Below are positions 1 to 9,793 of a stretch of DNA of 64,000 bases, piece by piece (the first letter of the stretch is position 1; each line of letters starts with the position of its first letter). The notes beneath the pieces are model-generated. The model had not been told where the DNA came from. It ran no database searches and worked only from the letters and a program-made list of their open reading frames with translations. This stretch comes from a virus (taxonomy: Duplodnaviria; Caudoviricetes): IMG/VR virus record IMGVR_UViG_3300021091_000011; one strand, written 5' to 3'. A program made the translations under genes and the position numbers.

Positions 1-864
1 AGCATCACGCAGGGCTTTACGCGGGTCTTTGCCAGCAGGAGCCACGGTGTAACCCGCTGCCTTGAGTCGGGGCGCGTAGTGATTATAGGCTTCGGACCAA
101 GGGATCGAAGCGACGACCTGCTTGCCCGTGTAATCACAACGGCCATTGTTGATCCACGTCGCCGTCTTGATCGTTTGCTCGTCGGCGATGATGAATCGAG
201 CGGCCTTCGCGTGCTGATTTACAAAGTCCTTCCACTTGCCTTGCCCATAGTTCGGGAACGAGGCGAGTCGGATAAAGACGTTTCCCGCCAAGCCACGATC
301 TCGCTCCACGGCGTCAACAATCGGCCTAATGGCGGCTTCATCGCCGCCCGCCGAAAGCGCGGCTTCACGGGCAATCTCAACCGAGCCCGTCTTAGCGATA
401 AGACGACGGGACGCACGACGCGCAATCTCCGTCGTATTGACAGACTTGGTACGACGAACACCAATCACGCCTCGATCTCTTAGAACGCCTAAATCAACCT
501 CGTGCGCCGTGATCGGGCGGTTGCTTTCCCATATTTCACGCAGTTCGGGCGCAAAGTCCAAACTGCGTGGCTTGTTCGGAAGTCGACTAGGGTCCGGCTC
601 AAAATCAGACAGCCAACTCAGGTCGTTCAATGGGGCCTCGTTGATGACCACATCTAACTCAAGTTGGTCTGCCGCGCCTTTTGATAGGCCCGTAGGTAAG
701 GCGGGAGGGGGCAGCAGATCGGGATCGAGCACGCCTTCGAGCACGCCCATTCCGTATTGCATATCCTCATAACCCTCTAGGCCGTAGTTAGACCCGAGCG
801 TAGAAGTCGTAAGGTCCGCAGGGATTAGGGACTCGGCAACGTGAATGCGATTCTTGCCGGACAT
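1..864 (-). CDS. Hypothetical protein, partial (runs off the left edge); probably head-region gene
   Basis: My translation: ATG at 864 overlaps the TAA of the upstream gene (TAATG); frame stays open to base 1 (MSGKNRIHVAESLIPADL...). Missing from the ORF track because it has no stop in the window. Confidence 0.8.
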   Translation of the reverse strand, partial: MSGKNRIHVAESLIPADLTTSTLGSNYGLEGYEDMQYGMGVLEGVLDPDLLPPPALPTGLSKGAADQLELDVVINEAPLNDLSWLSDFEPDPSRLPNKPRSLDFAPELREIWESNRPITAHEVDLGVLRDRGVIGVRRTKSVNTTEIARRASRRLIAKTGSVEIAREAALSAGGDEAAIRPIVDAVERDRGLAGNVFIRLASFPNYGQGKWKDFVNQHAKAARFIIADEQTIKTATWINNGRCDYTGKQVVASIPWSEAYNHYAPRLKAAGYTVAPAGKDPRKALRDA

Positions 865-1541
865 TAGCGCGTCCTCTTCATTATGCTGTGTGCAATCGAA
901 AGGGCTTCGACCGCCTGCGCGTAAGCAGGGTCGGCCCGATCAATACCCTTAGACGCCGCGATGATTTGGCTCGCAAGACGAACCAAAGGATCGCTAGAAG
1001 CCGTTTTCCCAATAGGGGCGGCTTCTTCCTCTTCCTCGGCCCATTGCTCGGGATCGTCTTTGATTTCCTCTGCCTCTTCGACGATCTGCTTGACCTCTTC
1101 ACGGTCACGCGGGGTCATCTTATCTTCAGCAGGGTTCCAATGCGGCGCGTTAATCTCGTCGTGAAGCGTGTCGGTAAAGGCCGAAAGCACTTCCACGCAG
1201 TTCATTAGTTGGCGGCGCATATCCGTAATCTTTTGGATATATCCCATGCCGCCGAGCGCGCCGTCAGGTGAGACGTTTCGGGACTTGATTTTCACGAATC
1301 GTGCGTGCGCGCTAGTCGCATGGCCCAAAGCCATGAGTGCCGAACGCAAGGACAATGCTAGGGGTTTTAGTTCCCGCGCATTGAACATAAAGTTCTCAGA
1401 GATAGCGCGCTCAGACGCACCCGGAGGCGTCCACGCCCACTCTTTAGAATCGCCAGAACGGTCCTTAATGAACCGAACTTCACCCGCCTGCTTATTCAAC
1501 GCGGCGATACGGGCGATCTTTTTGGGATCAGGAGCATTCAC
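864..1541 (-). CDS. Hypothetical protein, late/head region
   Basis: 225-aa ORF coupled to the downstream gene; putative late-promoter motif at 1584-1598. Confidence 0.75.
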   Translation of the reverse strand: MNAPDPKKIARIAALNKQAGEVRFIKDRSGDSKEWAWTPPGASERAISENFMFNARELKPLALSLRSALMALGHATSAHARFVKIKSRNVSPDGALGGMGYIQKITDMRRQLMNCVEVLSAFTDTLHDEINAPHWNPAEDKMTPRDREEVKQIVEEAEEIKDDPEQWAEEEEEAAPIGKTASSDPLVRLASQIIAASKGIDRADPAYAQAVEALSIAHSIMKRTR

Positions 1542-1583
1542 GCAAAAACCCCTTGGAGCAAGACGCTACCAATGGTTTGCGTG

Positions 1584-1598
1584 ATATAGGCGCGCTAA
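1584..1598 (-). promoter_or_regulatory. Putative late promoter (TTA-N6-CTAT class)
   Basis: Minus strand TTAGCGCGCCTATAT, intergenic, about 40 nt upstream of the 1541 start; the motif recurs before about 10 genes. Confidence 0.55.
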
Positions 1599-1602
1599 CG
1601 CC

Positions 1603-2250
1603 TCAACCTTTGAGCGGCGATCCGTCGTCGTCGAACAAGCGGCTGACCTCAAACGCACCGTCAGCCGTCTTGGTCACGTTCCACAAATCATTCGTGCTCT
1701 TGTGAACCAAGAGATTGCTCGATACGCGCAAAAAACCCGTGAGATCGCCAAGCGAAGCGACCTTGATTGCAGGTGATCCACCCGTCAACACGGAAAGCGT
1801 TTCGGGCGTGCAAGTGATGGATGCGTATGGATCACGCCCACCAATCTGACCCTGCACGACAACGAGATGATCGGGTAGCGATTGTTTTGGCTGCTTCGCA
1901 TCATCAACAGGCGAAACGGTCGCGCCCAAGCCACCGCCACCCCACGCGCCCCAAGTCACGGAAACCTGATTCGTGTCTAGGTTCACGAGAGCCGTGAAGC
2001 CTCTGGCACCGTCGTCACCAGCGGAATACATGGAGAACGAAGATCCCGTGTAAACCGTCACCTTGCGCTTGCTGAATCTTACTTCAGCCAACGCACGCTG
2101 TACGGGCTTGGGGAGTTTGCTGACCAAGGCAGGAACGCCAAAAGAAGCAGACTTGGAAATCGTGCCCCGAACCGTCTCAAAATCCGAGCCGATGGACTTA
2201 CTACGCAAGTGCTCGTCAATCGACGGGGAAGAACCCCACTTGATATTCAT
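1603..2250 (-). CDS. Hypothetical protein
   Basis: 215-aa ORF; start overlaps the topoisomerase stop (ATGA). Confidence 0.75.
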   Translation of the reverse strand: MNIKWGSSPSIDEHLRSKSIGSDFETVRGTISKSASFGVPALVSKLPKPVQRALAEVRFSKRKVTVYTGSSFSMYSAGDDGARGFTALVNLDTNQVSVTWGAWGGGGLGATVSPVDDAKQPKQSLPDHLVVVQGQIGGRDPYASITCTPETLSVLTGGSPAIKVASLGDLTGFLRVSSNLLVHKSTNDLWNVTKTADGAFEVSRLFDDDGSPLKG

Positions 2251-3710
2251 GCGGCCTCCAATGCAGCGCGGACAAAGTTGACGAAACCGAAACTAATGGT
2301 TAAGTCACCCGCCATGATAGTATTCGTGATAGATGAATCAAGGCGACCCTGAGACAAGAAACGCAGAAGAACGGTCGGATTGATGTAATTCTCAACCGTC
2401 ACGTCAGGGTCCTCGTGCGATAAGGCTTCTTGGGATTTCGCCACCGCCCGTGACGTGGCCCGCAAAACCGCGTCGGCAATGGTTTCCCGAACACGCTTAC
2501 TCTTGGCGATTTTGCGTATCTCCGCGTAAAGCACTTCCTGTTCGATTAACAGGTTGGAGTAGAACGTCTCGGTCGCTTTCAACCGCCGAAGCGTTCTAGG
2601 CGTAAAGCCAAACTGAGCGCAATACGCGCGAACCTGATCTACACGCAACGGCTCACCACGGCCTGTACGCAGGATTCTAGGCACGCCGTCTTTAATGGCC
2701 TTGTCGTAATACTGCTTGAACGTCTTGACCAAAACAGGGTCCGAGAACCGAGCCTTGTTCACGCCGCCCATCTTGCCGTGAAACTCTAGCGTAACGACGG
2801 AACCAGAAAACTTGACGTGCTCGACTTCAATGTCCGTCGCACCGTGGGTTTTCAACCAGATTTTATCCGGCGAAGCGTCTTGTTGTGCCTTGCTCCGCAG
2901 GGGGACGTTTTTCACCGGATCCCAAAAGATGCCGTTGCCTTCGTTGCTTGGACGAATGCCCGTATCCAGCATGATGCTGACGGCGACGGCGCATAATTGG
3001 TCCACCGAACCGAATGGACCACGCAGCGAAGAACGTATCTCTTTGCGAAGCGTGTCCATGCCTTCAAGCAGTTCAACGATTCGCTGATGCTTCACGTCAA
3101 CCGTTTCGCCCACGTTGGCGAAGCGTTCAGTCAACGCCGCGATATTGCCATCGGGGTCCAAATCAACGACGAGATTCGAGGGCAAGAAATCCAAAAACTC
3201 AGGGATTTCCGTTCGCAGTATCTCGCGGTGCCTGAATAACTCGGCGTCTTTGTAGTATGAAGCGATAATCAGTCGCGCGATGTCGTCGGCGTAGACCTGA
3301 GTTTCGTCTTTCGATTGGGCGGCATCACGAATCTTGTAGATGACCGTCTTGTGCCTCGACGATATATCAGGTCCGATGTACGTCTCTAAAAAGTCCAGCA
3401 CGGATTGGTCCGCGATGAGCAACTTGACCAACTCGCGGTCGCTAATCTCGGACTTGACGTACTTGCGCCGCAGTTTCGTCACGAGCACGAAAAAAGCGGG
3501 GATGGATTCGTTGGCGATTTTCTGCGCGGCTTTTTGGTCTTGCAGGGTGCGCTTTTCGTTTTGACGCTTCAGGCGCAATACTGCGGGCGAGCCGACTTCA
3601 GCCGCAGCCTTAGAAATAGGCGGGAACAGGTCGTCAAAGTGGACGTCAGGTTCAGGACGTTGAATCCCACGCGCGTCCTCATATTCCGTTATGGCGTCTG
3701 CGAAACTCAT
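2247..3710 (-). CDS. DNA topoisomerase IB-like protein
   Basis: Catalytic motifs in order: GIRPSNE, HGAT..EVEHV, FHGKMG, RTLRR, LSHEDPDVTVENYINP. These match the R-K-R-H-Y pentad of the vaccinia/bacterial TopIB core. Confidence 0.8.
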   Translation of the reverse strand: MSFADAITEYEDARGIQRPEPDVHFDDLFPPISKAAAEVGSPAVLRLKRQNEKRTLQDQKAAQKIANESIPAFFVLVTKLRRKYVKSEISDRELVKLLIADQSVLDFLETYIGPDISSRHKTVIYKIRDAAQSKDETQVYADDIARLIIASYYKDAELFRHREILRTEIPEFLDFLPSNLVVDLDPDGNIAALTERFANVGETVDVKHQRIVELLEGMDTLRKEIRSSLRGPFGSVDQLCAVAVSIMLDTGIRPSNEGNGIFWDPVKNVPLRSKAQQDASPDKIWLKTHGATDIEVEHVKFSGSVVTLEFHGKMGGVNKARFSDPVLVKTFKQYYDKAIKDGVPRILRTGRGEPLRVDQVRAYCAQFGFTPRTLRRLKATETFYSNLLIEQEVLYAEIRKIAKSKRVRETIADAVLRATSRAVAKSQEALSHEDPDVTVENYINPTVLLRFLSQGRLDSSITNTIMAGDLTISFGFVNFVRAALEAA

Positions 3711-5257
3711 CGGATCAAAGTGTATGCGACGGTTCCGGTAAGTGCAGCGGAAGCAACGACGCCAAAAGACGCCGCCAGTTTATTCGTCACGGCTAACGTG
3801 ACAGAAGCATCGGGATTTTCGAGCAGCACTATATAAGAGTTGTTTGGTTGCTCGACCGTGAAGATCACGGTCTCAGCGACCGACGCGACAAAACTTGTTG
3901 AACCCGTCGCCATGCTTTCTGCCAGCGTCGGAGTGCCGCCGCTATTAATGATGTTGCCACGGGAGCAGCCTTTCGTCGTGACCGAAATAGTCCCGCTCAA
4001 GTCGAGCACGCCGAAGTTGCTAGATTTAGCGGTGATTGCCTGATCGCCGCTGGCAGTTAGATCACCGCAATCAGCGCAACCGTTGATCGTCAAAGAACCC
4101 AAGCCGATCAGGTCGCAGATCGTGTCCCCAATCCGTGAGACATTCGCCAAGACGTAATCGCACGAAAGCGTCGCAGGTTGATCGTCGCCCGTGTCGTAAG
4201 ACACCGCCACGTCATTCACCCACGCCACGCCTTCCAAACGAAAATCAGCCGTGTTGCTCACCGCGCATGACGAAGTGAGTGACGAGCCCAAGAACGTCCC
4301 ACCGAGCACACGCACGACGTTCGCCGTGTCGCTGACGATTTGGAAGCCGCCCGCGTTCGTTGCCTGCAATACGCAGTTTTGCACCAATACCTGATTCAAG
4401 GCGACGTCGTTACCCGAAGAACCACCGCCCGCAAGCGTCGCGCCGGAAGCCGTCAAGTTGCCCGCAGGAACCGTCGTGACCGTCAGCGTGATCGCGTTGC
4501 CGCCCGAACCTGCCGTGACTGCCTCAATCGTCACGACGCCAAGTGCCGAAGTTGCCTTGACCAAGCCCGCAAACGAATTAGCGGGATCGTTGATCGCCGC
4601 CGCAATCTCAGCCGCAATCGCGTCTACTGTGCCGCCTGCTACGCTGAAGTTGTCTGATCCGGACGCACGGTTGCCCGCCGTGCCGACAAGATTCACGCCA
4701 TCAATGGTGACCAAATCACCCGTAGCGAGCGGCGCAGCGTTGACCGTAACCGTGCCCGAGGCAAACGAATCGGCACCGATGATTTTTACGCAAGCGAGCG
4801 CGACCTGATCATTCTGAATCGTCAAGCCCGAAAGCGTCACGTTCTTCGGCGTTACGTCCGTAGAGGCCGAAATCGTGACCGTGTCACTCGCGCCGTCGTT
4901 AATCACCGTCGCGCCGAGGCCGATCAAGAACACGCCGTCTTTTTGTATCGACAGGTTTTCCTGATACACGCCCGGAAGCACCAGCACTAACGACGGCGAA
5001 TCGACATCGGACGAATTCGGGATTGCGTCGAGCGCAGCCTGAATCGTCGTAAAGGGCGATCCCTCACCGCCAACGCCGACGATGAAAACCCCCGTGACGT
5101 TGCGAAGGCCGATTAGTTCGGGCAGCGTGATGCCACCAGAAATCACGGCGTCCACGAACTTCATCGTGTTGTCCGCGACATTGCGGCTAATCGTGATCGT
5201 CTGACCAGAGCCAGGTTCGATCTGAAGTACGTCTAGTAAGAACGGAGGCTGTGCCAT
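3707..5257 (-). CDS. Virion structural protein with pectin-lyase-like beta-helix and an inserted Ala/Gly/Thr-rich domain
   Basis: FTTIQAALDAIP...VLPGVYQENL opening typical of beta-helix proteins; the inserted domain resembles the 191-aa protein; adjacent to portal. Confidence 0.55.
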   Translation of the reverse strand: MAQPPFLLDVLQIEPGSGQTITISRNVADNTMKFVDAVISGGITLPELIGLRNVTGVFIVGVGGEGSPFTTIQAALDAIPNSSDVDSPSLVLVLPGVYQENLSIQKDGVFLIGLGATVINDGASDTVTISASTDVTPKNVTLSGLTIQNDQVALACVKIIGADSFASGTVTVNAAPLATGDLVTIDGVNLVGTAGNRASGSDNFSVAGGTVDAIAAEIAAAINDPANSFAGLVKATSALGVVTIEAVTAGSGGNAITLTVTTVPAGNLTASGATLAGGGSSGNDVALNQVLVQNCVLQATNAGGFQIVSDTANVVRVLGGTFLGSSLTSSCAVSNTADFRLEGVAWVNDVAVSYDTGDDQPATLSCDYVLANVSRIGDTICDLIGLGSLTINGCADCGDLTASGDQAITAKSSNFGVLDLSGTISVTTKGCSRGNIINSGGTPTLAESMATGSTSFVASVAETVIFTVEQPNNSYIVLLENPDASVTLAVTNKLAASFGVVASAALTGTVAYTLIR

Positions 5258-5270
5258 GCCTAGCCCGCTT

Positions 5271-5285
5271 ATATAGGCGGGATAA
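5271..5285 (-). promoter_or_regulatory. Putative late promoter
   Basis: Minus strand TTATCCCGCCTATAT, intergenic, 13 nt before the ATG at 5257. Confidence 0.55.
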
Positions 5286-5289
5286 CGCC

Positions 5290-7011
5290 TTAGAACCGCC
5301 CGTCGCCCTCTTCCTTGGGCGGATCGTAATTCAGCCCAAGACTATCTGCGATCTTATTGACCGCATTCGACTTTTCAGCGAGCGCACGGCCAACGTCACC
5401 ATAGATCCCGCGCAAAACTTCGTTGAAAGTCGGGTCATTGACCGTGAAAAGGTCACGCTCTAACTTCTCTTTGACCGTAATCGGGTCAAGATTCAGAAGT
5501 TCAAGGATCGTTTCGACGTCTAATGAACCCTTGGTGTAGAGGTTATACAGGGCGTCGAACGTATCTCTATTATCGCGCAATGCCAAACGTGTGAAGTTCA
5601 GCGGGGGTACGACGACATATTCCTCGTCGTCATCATCCGTGTCCACGAACCCCATGCGGGCGCACATTGGCTTGAAGAAGTAATCTTCGACCAACGACTG
5701 AATCTGCTCGCGCAGAAGCATATAGCGCGTGTTGATAACTTCCAGATTAATGCGGTCGCCCGAATACGCGGACTCGCCAGAAAGCAAGCCCTCGGTTACG
5801 CCCATGCCCGCATAAAGTTGACGGTCGGTCATATCGTATTCAGTATTGAGGTCAAGCAACCGCTGATCCGCGCCCATTTCTTCCCAATTCACCTGGAAGT
5901 TAGAGATGATCGAGTAATCGGGGTCTTGTAGAGCAAGGTCTACCTGCTCACGCAAGTCTTCCACGTCGGCGGCGTCCATATCCTCGCCGTACACGATGCG
6001 AATCGGCGTCATGTGACGTGACGCGATGCTCGTTTGAGCCTGACGCAGTTTGTCTCTATACACCAGGGCGCGGATACAACGCTCCAGCAGCGAACGGCCA
6101 CGAGGCTCATAGTCAGACTTGCGGTTCGCCAAATAATAAACGAATGAACCCGCATCAGGGTCCGTGTTGAGGGGTATGTAGTTTCCCTCAACGACGGCCT
6201 GCACTACCTCGGCAGGCATAGATTCAACAACGCGACGTGCGCCAGCGTCACCCGCCTTTGCGCGCTCGATTACGTCCTTCGTCTTGGAGTCAGGGATAAG
6301 TTCAATCAACCGTTCGTCGGTGAAGTTGAACGACTCCATGCGGACTTGCTCAGGCGGCAGCACGCGGATTGAAGACCAACCCTTGTAATTCTTCTTCATC
6401 CACTTGAAAGCGCGCTCGTCCGCGTCAGCGTAGTCAACCCACGCCTCAACAGACTCACCATTTTCGTTAATGCTGTTGACCTTTTGAGCGCGCACTTCGG
6501 GCGGCATCTCGGGCGTATTATCTTCGCACCAGATAAAAACTTCGCCGATGAGATTGCGCTCGTGAACAATAGAAATCAGGCGATGCAGCAAGCCGATTTT
6601 GCGCGCCCACTTCTCACAAAAACGATTAGCGGCTAGGGCCACTTCGCGGTTTTTGCATTTCGGAACGCCGATTCTGATTTTGGACAGGGGCAGTTCGGTG
6701 TGCAAGTCAATCGCTTGCCCCACGAACGGCTCTGATCTGTAAAAGAACCTAAAGTAGTTCCATTGTTCATGGAGACTTTGAGGCAACTCCAAGAAGTCGG
6801 TCGATAGTTCGGGCGAGTAGAAGTTACCGCCAGAACCTTGCATACTTCCGGCGTTGCCCAAGCCCATGCCGCCAGAATAAGACGCGGTGCGCGACATCAT
6901 GGCGGTCTTGCTGATTTTGCGAGGCTTACCCGACTTGGCTTTGCTCTTGCCGTCGCCATTAGGCAACGGCTTGATTACTTCGCCCGAGTCTTTTTCGTCG
7001 CTGCTCGCCAT
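5290..7011 (-). CDS. Portal protein
   Basis: 573 aa; RFFYRSEPFVGQAIDLHTELPLSKI, RGRSLLERC and MGVTEGLLSG segments fit large-phage portal proteins; lies downstream of TerL. Confidence 0.75.
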   Translation of the reverse strand: MASSDEKDSGEVIKPLPNGDGKSKAKSGKPRKISKTAMMSRTASYSGGMGLGNAGSMQGSGGNFYSPELSTDFLELPQSLHEQWNYFRFFYRSEPFVGQAIDLHTELPLSKIRIGVPKCKNREVALAANRFCEKWARKIGLLHRLISIVHERNLIGEVFIWCEDNTPEMPPEVRAQKVNSINENGESVEAWVDYADADERAFKWMKKNYKGWSSIRVLPPEQVRMESFNFTDERLIELIPDSKTKDVIERAKAGDAGARRVVESMPAEVVQAVVEGNYIPLNTDPDAGSFVYYLANRKSDYEPRGRSLLERCIRALVYRDKLRQAQTSIASRHMTPIRIVYGEDMDAADVEDLREQVDLALQDPDYSIISNFQVNWEEMGADQRLLDLNTEYDMTDRQLYAGMGVTEGLLSGESAYSGDRINLEVINTRYMLLREQIQSLVEDYFFKPMCARMGFVDTDDDDEEYVVVPPLNFTRLALRDNRDTFDALYNLYTKGSLDVETILELLNLDPITVKEKLERDLFTVNDPTFNEVLRGIYGDVGRALAEKSNAVNKIADSLGLNYDPPKEEGDGRF

Positions 7012-7274
7012 TACTTCTTCTCACGCTTTCGGGCTTCGCGCCAACGGTTAGCGCGTTCTTCTTCGGGCATCGAGTCCGGATCGTCGCCGTACTTGCGCGC
7101 CACGGTTCCGATCTCGTTTAACGCTGATGCAAGACGCGCCAGATTCCGAAGCACGTCCTTAGCACGAGGCTGATTGGATCGCCTAGCAATCACCATCGCC
7201 TCTTGCAACTCCCGCTCGGCTCGGCGCACGCGCTCTTCGATCAGGCGGTCGTCTTCGGAAAGTAGTGCTTTCAC
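7011..7274 (-). CDS. Small basic helical hypothetical protein
   Basis: 87-aa ORF; its stop overlaps the portal ATG. Confidence 0.7.
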   Translation of the reverse strand: MKALLSEDDRLIEERVRRAERELQEAMVIARRSNQPRAKDVLRNLARLASALNEIGTVARKYGDDPDSMPEEERANRWREARKREKK

Positions 7275-7275
7275 T

Positions 7276-7875
7276 TTACCTTGAAGACCCGACGTTCAAG
7301 TCTACGCCAAGCCTGTTGTTGTTGATCGCGGACGGCACCGCCGAAACGATGCCGACAATCTGTGGAACGGGGATACCCGCTGCGTTGAGGTTAGCATTAC
7401 TATCGTTACACAGCAAGCCGTTCTCGCTCACCGCAAGCGTGTCGTTAAGCGAGTAAGTAATCGGCCCGCCAGCGCGAACGCCTGCGCCGTTGAGCGCGAT
7501 GGTCTCGTAGACCTTGAACATGGCTCGGCTGCCGCCCGTAATCAAAGTCACGACGTTGCTTGAACCGCCACCTTGACCAGACAAAAACTGATGCGAAATG
7601 AAGTTCTCCGGAGAACCGGGACCGTTGCCGTTGGGCGGCGTCAGCGCGTAGTTCTCAGACTGCATAAGCAGAAAGCCCGTAGTAATAGTCCCATCGGACT
7701 TCTCAACTGTGAACTCCCAATTCGCCGTGACGTACATGACGAATTGACCACCACGCCAACCGGACGCGATGAGATCAGGACCAGCGAGCACGGGCAATCT
7801 ATCGCCCAAGTGCATAATTTCTACGTCTAAGGCATCGTCTTGCGAAGAAGATTGTACGAACGGACGAATGGCCAT
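7276..7875 (-). CDS. Hypothetical structural protein (possible head decoration)
   Basis: 199 aa, Gly/Asn-rich with beta-strand character; strong GGAGG RBS; lies between TerL and portal. Function is inferred from position. Confidence 0.6.
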   Translation of the reverse strand: MAIRPFVQSSSQDDALDVEIMHLGDRLPVLAGPDLIASGWRGGQFVMYVTANWEFTVEKSDGTITTGFLLMQSENYALTPPNGNGPGSPENFISHQFLSGQGGGSSNVVTLITGGSRAMFKVYETIALNGAGVRAGGPITYSLNDTLAVSENGLLCNDSNANLNAAGIPVPQIVGIVSAVPSAINNNRLGVDLNVGSSR

Positions 7876-7879
7876 GTAA

Positions 7880-9793
7880 CTACCTCCACCGTGGCCGATT
7901 AGATAGACGAGGTATCATCCGTGACTCGTGCGAACCAGATTGGCGGGCACGTTGAAAAGCCGTAAGGCCATTGCTTACTTGCCTTGAAGAATTCGCAATC
8001 GCACCCGTGCGATTGCCAAACACCACCGCTTTATTCGCCGCACTTTGAGACGAAATCCAGATCATTCGGCAAAGGGCGTCCGAATAGTCGTCATGTTTCC
8101 CTTCAATGTTAGGTGCTTCGACTTTCACGACGTACTTCGACTCGTACTCGGCCTGCAATTCTAAAAGTTCTTGCAGATACGCCGCACGTTCATCTTTAGA
8201 GTTATCGTAAAAAGCAATCTTACGATCAAGCATCATATTCTTGAAGTTCTGCCACATTTGCGAAGTGAGTTGCTTCGTGTGATGGACTGACTTCAGTTGG
8301 CTCAGACCACGCTTTTGTAGTGCCTGCTCCATCGGGATACCCGACCATTGGTCGAACATCCCCTCGGAGATATAAAACTTTCGAGCGATATCTGCAATCC
8401 AATCTGCAACGGCGTCGAAGTCCAAGCGGTCTAAGCCGATGTGCTTGCCTTCACCCGCTTTGATGCGGTCAATGTAGTCCAGAACAATCTTGCCCTGCGG
8501 GTCCACATGACCGACAGCCGCAGCCGTGTAGTCGCCCACAAGCGCGATATCGACGCCCATGAAATGAGGCATCCGGCTCGGCGCACTCGTCTTCATGGTC
8601 AACGTCGTATCAATGCACGCTATTAGATCGGACTCGTCTTCAATCCAACCGCGAGTACGGTCGGTGAATACCGCGCCGAACTCGGTGAAGAACATACGAG
8701 GGTCTTTAATGTATGAACCCTCAAACGTGCCTGCGGGCACCGTGGGATTTACCTCCCACGTTGGGGCCTGCACGCAAATCATGTTCTTCGCGGCCTCACC
8801 CGACGTGAAGCCTAATGAAAACTGCTTGTAAAATAAGCCCTGCTTACCTAGCGGGCTTGAAATCAAAATGATACGGCCTTCGTTCTCGCCAATCGGCCTT
8901 GAAGGATTGTTAGGGTCTTTAGGCGAGAAAGTACGAGTAGACGGCTCGACGGCTTGATAAACGTCGTCAGCAGACGATTGACCCTCGTCCGTAAAGTGGG
9001 CAACCTCATCGAGCGCGACCAAAATGTTCGCGCCACCACGCAGACCTTTAGCAACGCAAGAACGAAACGTGACGTTGATCGAGTAACGCGCTTTTTGATT
9101 GTCCGCATAAGAACCGTAACGATCAATGTCGTGTGGTGTCTGAAAAGTAGCAAATGATTGCGTTGCATTAGCCGAATACGGCCTGAAGAAGTCACATCGG
9201 TTAAAGTGTCCAGAGGCTTCACGATAAAGCAAGCCCGCTTGATCTTTGTCAGTAGCGACTGATATTAACTGAATGACGTTTGATTGCGAAGAGCCGTAGT
9301 AAGATTGCGGATTGCCTTTGATTAGCAATCGGTAGGTCTCATAGGCGATGATGCAAGACGTCAACAGCGTCTTGCCGCTTCGACGCCCGACCGAAAGCAC
9401 CATTTCGCGGCGCTCGGAACCCGGCACAACCTCGCGGATATTGCAGCGCCCATCATCGTAAATGAAGCGCAAGTAACCCGCCTCAGTAAGCATCTGCGGA
9501 TTCTGACGACGCCAATCGGTGACAGGCACCCTAAACTTGTAAAACCCATCCTCGTCCACCAACCCGGGATCGTAGTTAGGATGGTCGGTTGGAATGGGGT
9601 TATCTAAGTCGAAGCCGTGTTCGTTGTCGTCCAACGCAAGGCCATAGTGAGCCTTGAGAATAACGCGCTGAACAGGGTAGAGGCGTAGGCCAAGACCCCA
9701 AGGAGCCTCGATAAACGTAATGATATCGACTGCGGAAGATTTGGAGCCTGCGGCACGGCGTCCCGCAGAAGCGGCAATTTCGGACAGATTCAC
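7880..9793 (-). CDS. terL: Terminase large subunit
   Basis: Walker A GRRSGKT, Walker B VALDEVAHF, motif III ISSPLG, nuclease motif MGVDIA and C-terminal HDDYSDA. Confidence 0.93.
   Translation of the reverse strand: MNLSEIAASAGRRAAGSKSSAVDIITFIEAPWGLGLRLYPVQRVILKAHYGLALDDNEHGFDLDNPIPTDHPNYDPGLVDEDGFYKFRVPVTDWRRQNPQMLTEAGYLRFIYDDGRCNIREVVPGSERREMVLSVGRRSGKTLLTSCIIAYETYRLLIKGNPQSYYGSSQSNVIQLISVATDKDQAGLLYREASGHFNRCDFFRPYSANATQSFATFQTPHDIDRYGSYADNQKARYSINVTFRSCVAKGLRGGANILVALDEVAHFTDEGQSSADDVYQAVEPSTRTFSPKDPNNPSRPIGENEGRIILISSPLGKQGLFYKQFSLGFTSGEAAKNMICVQAPTWEVNPTVPAGTFEGSYIKDPRMFFTEFGAVFTDRTRGWIEDESDLIACIDTTLTMKTSAPSRMPHFMGVDIALVGDYTAAAVGHVDPQGKIVLDYIDRIKAGEGKHIGLDRLDFDAVADWIADIARKFYISEGMFDQWSGIPMEQALQKRGLSQLKSVHHTKQLTSQMWQNFKNMMLDRKIAFYDNSKDERAAYLQELLELQAEYESKYVVKVEAPNIEGKHDDYSDALCRMIWISSQSAANKAVVFGNRTGAIANSSRQVSNGLTAFQRARQSGSHESRMIPRLSNRPRWR

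Noticed and set aside
2247-3710. Integrase or protelomerase call for the topoisomerase-like gene
   Set aside because: IRxxNE, FxGKxG and YIxP motifs and the HGxT..L/I...HV segment fit TopIB better. Not fully excluded without an HMM search.
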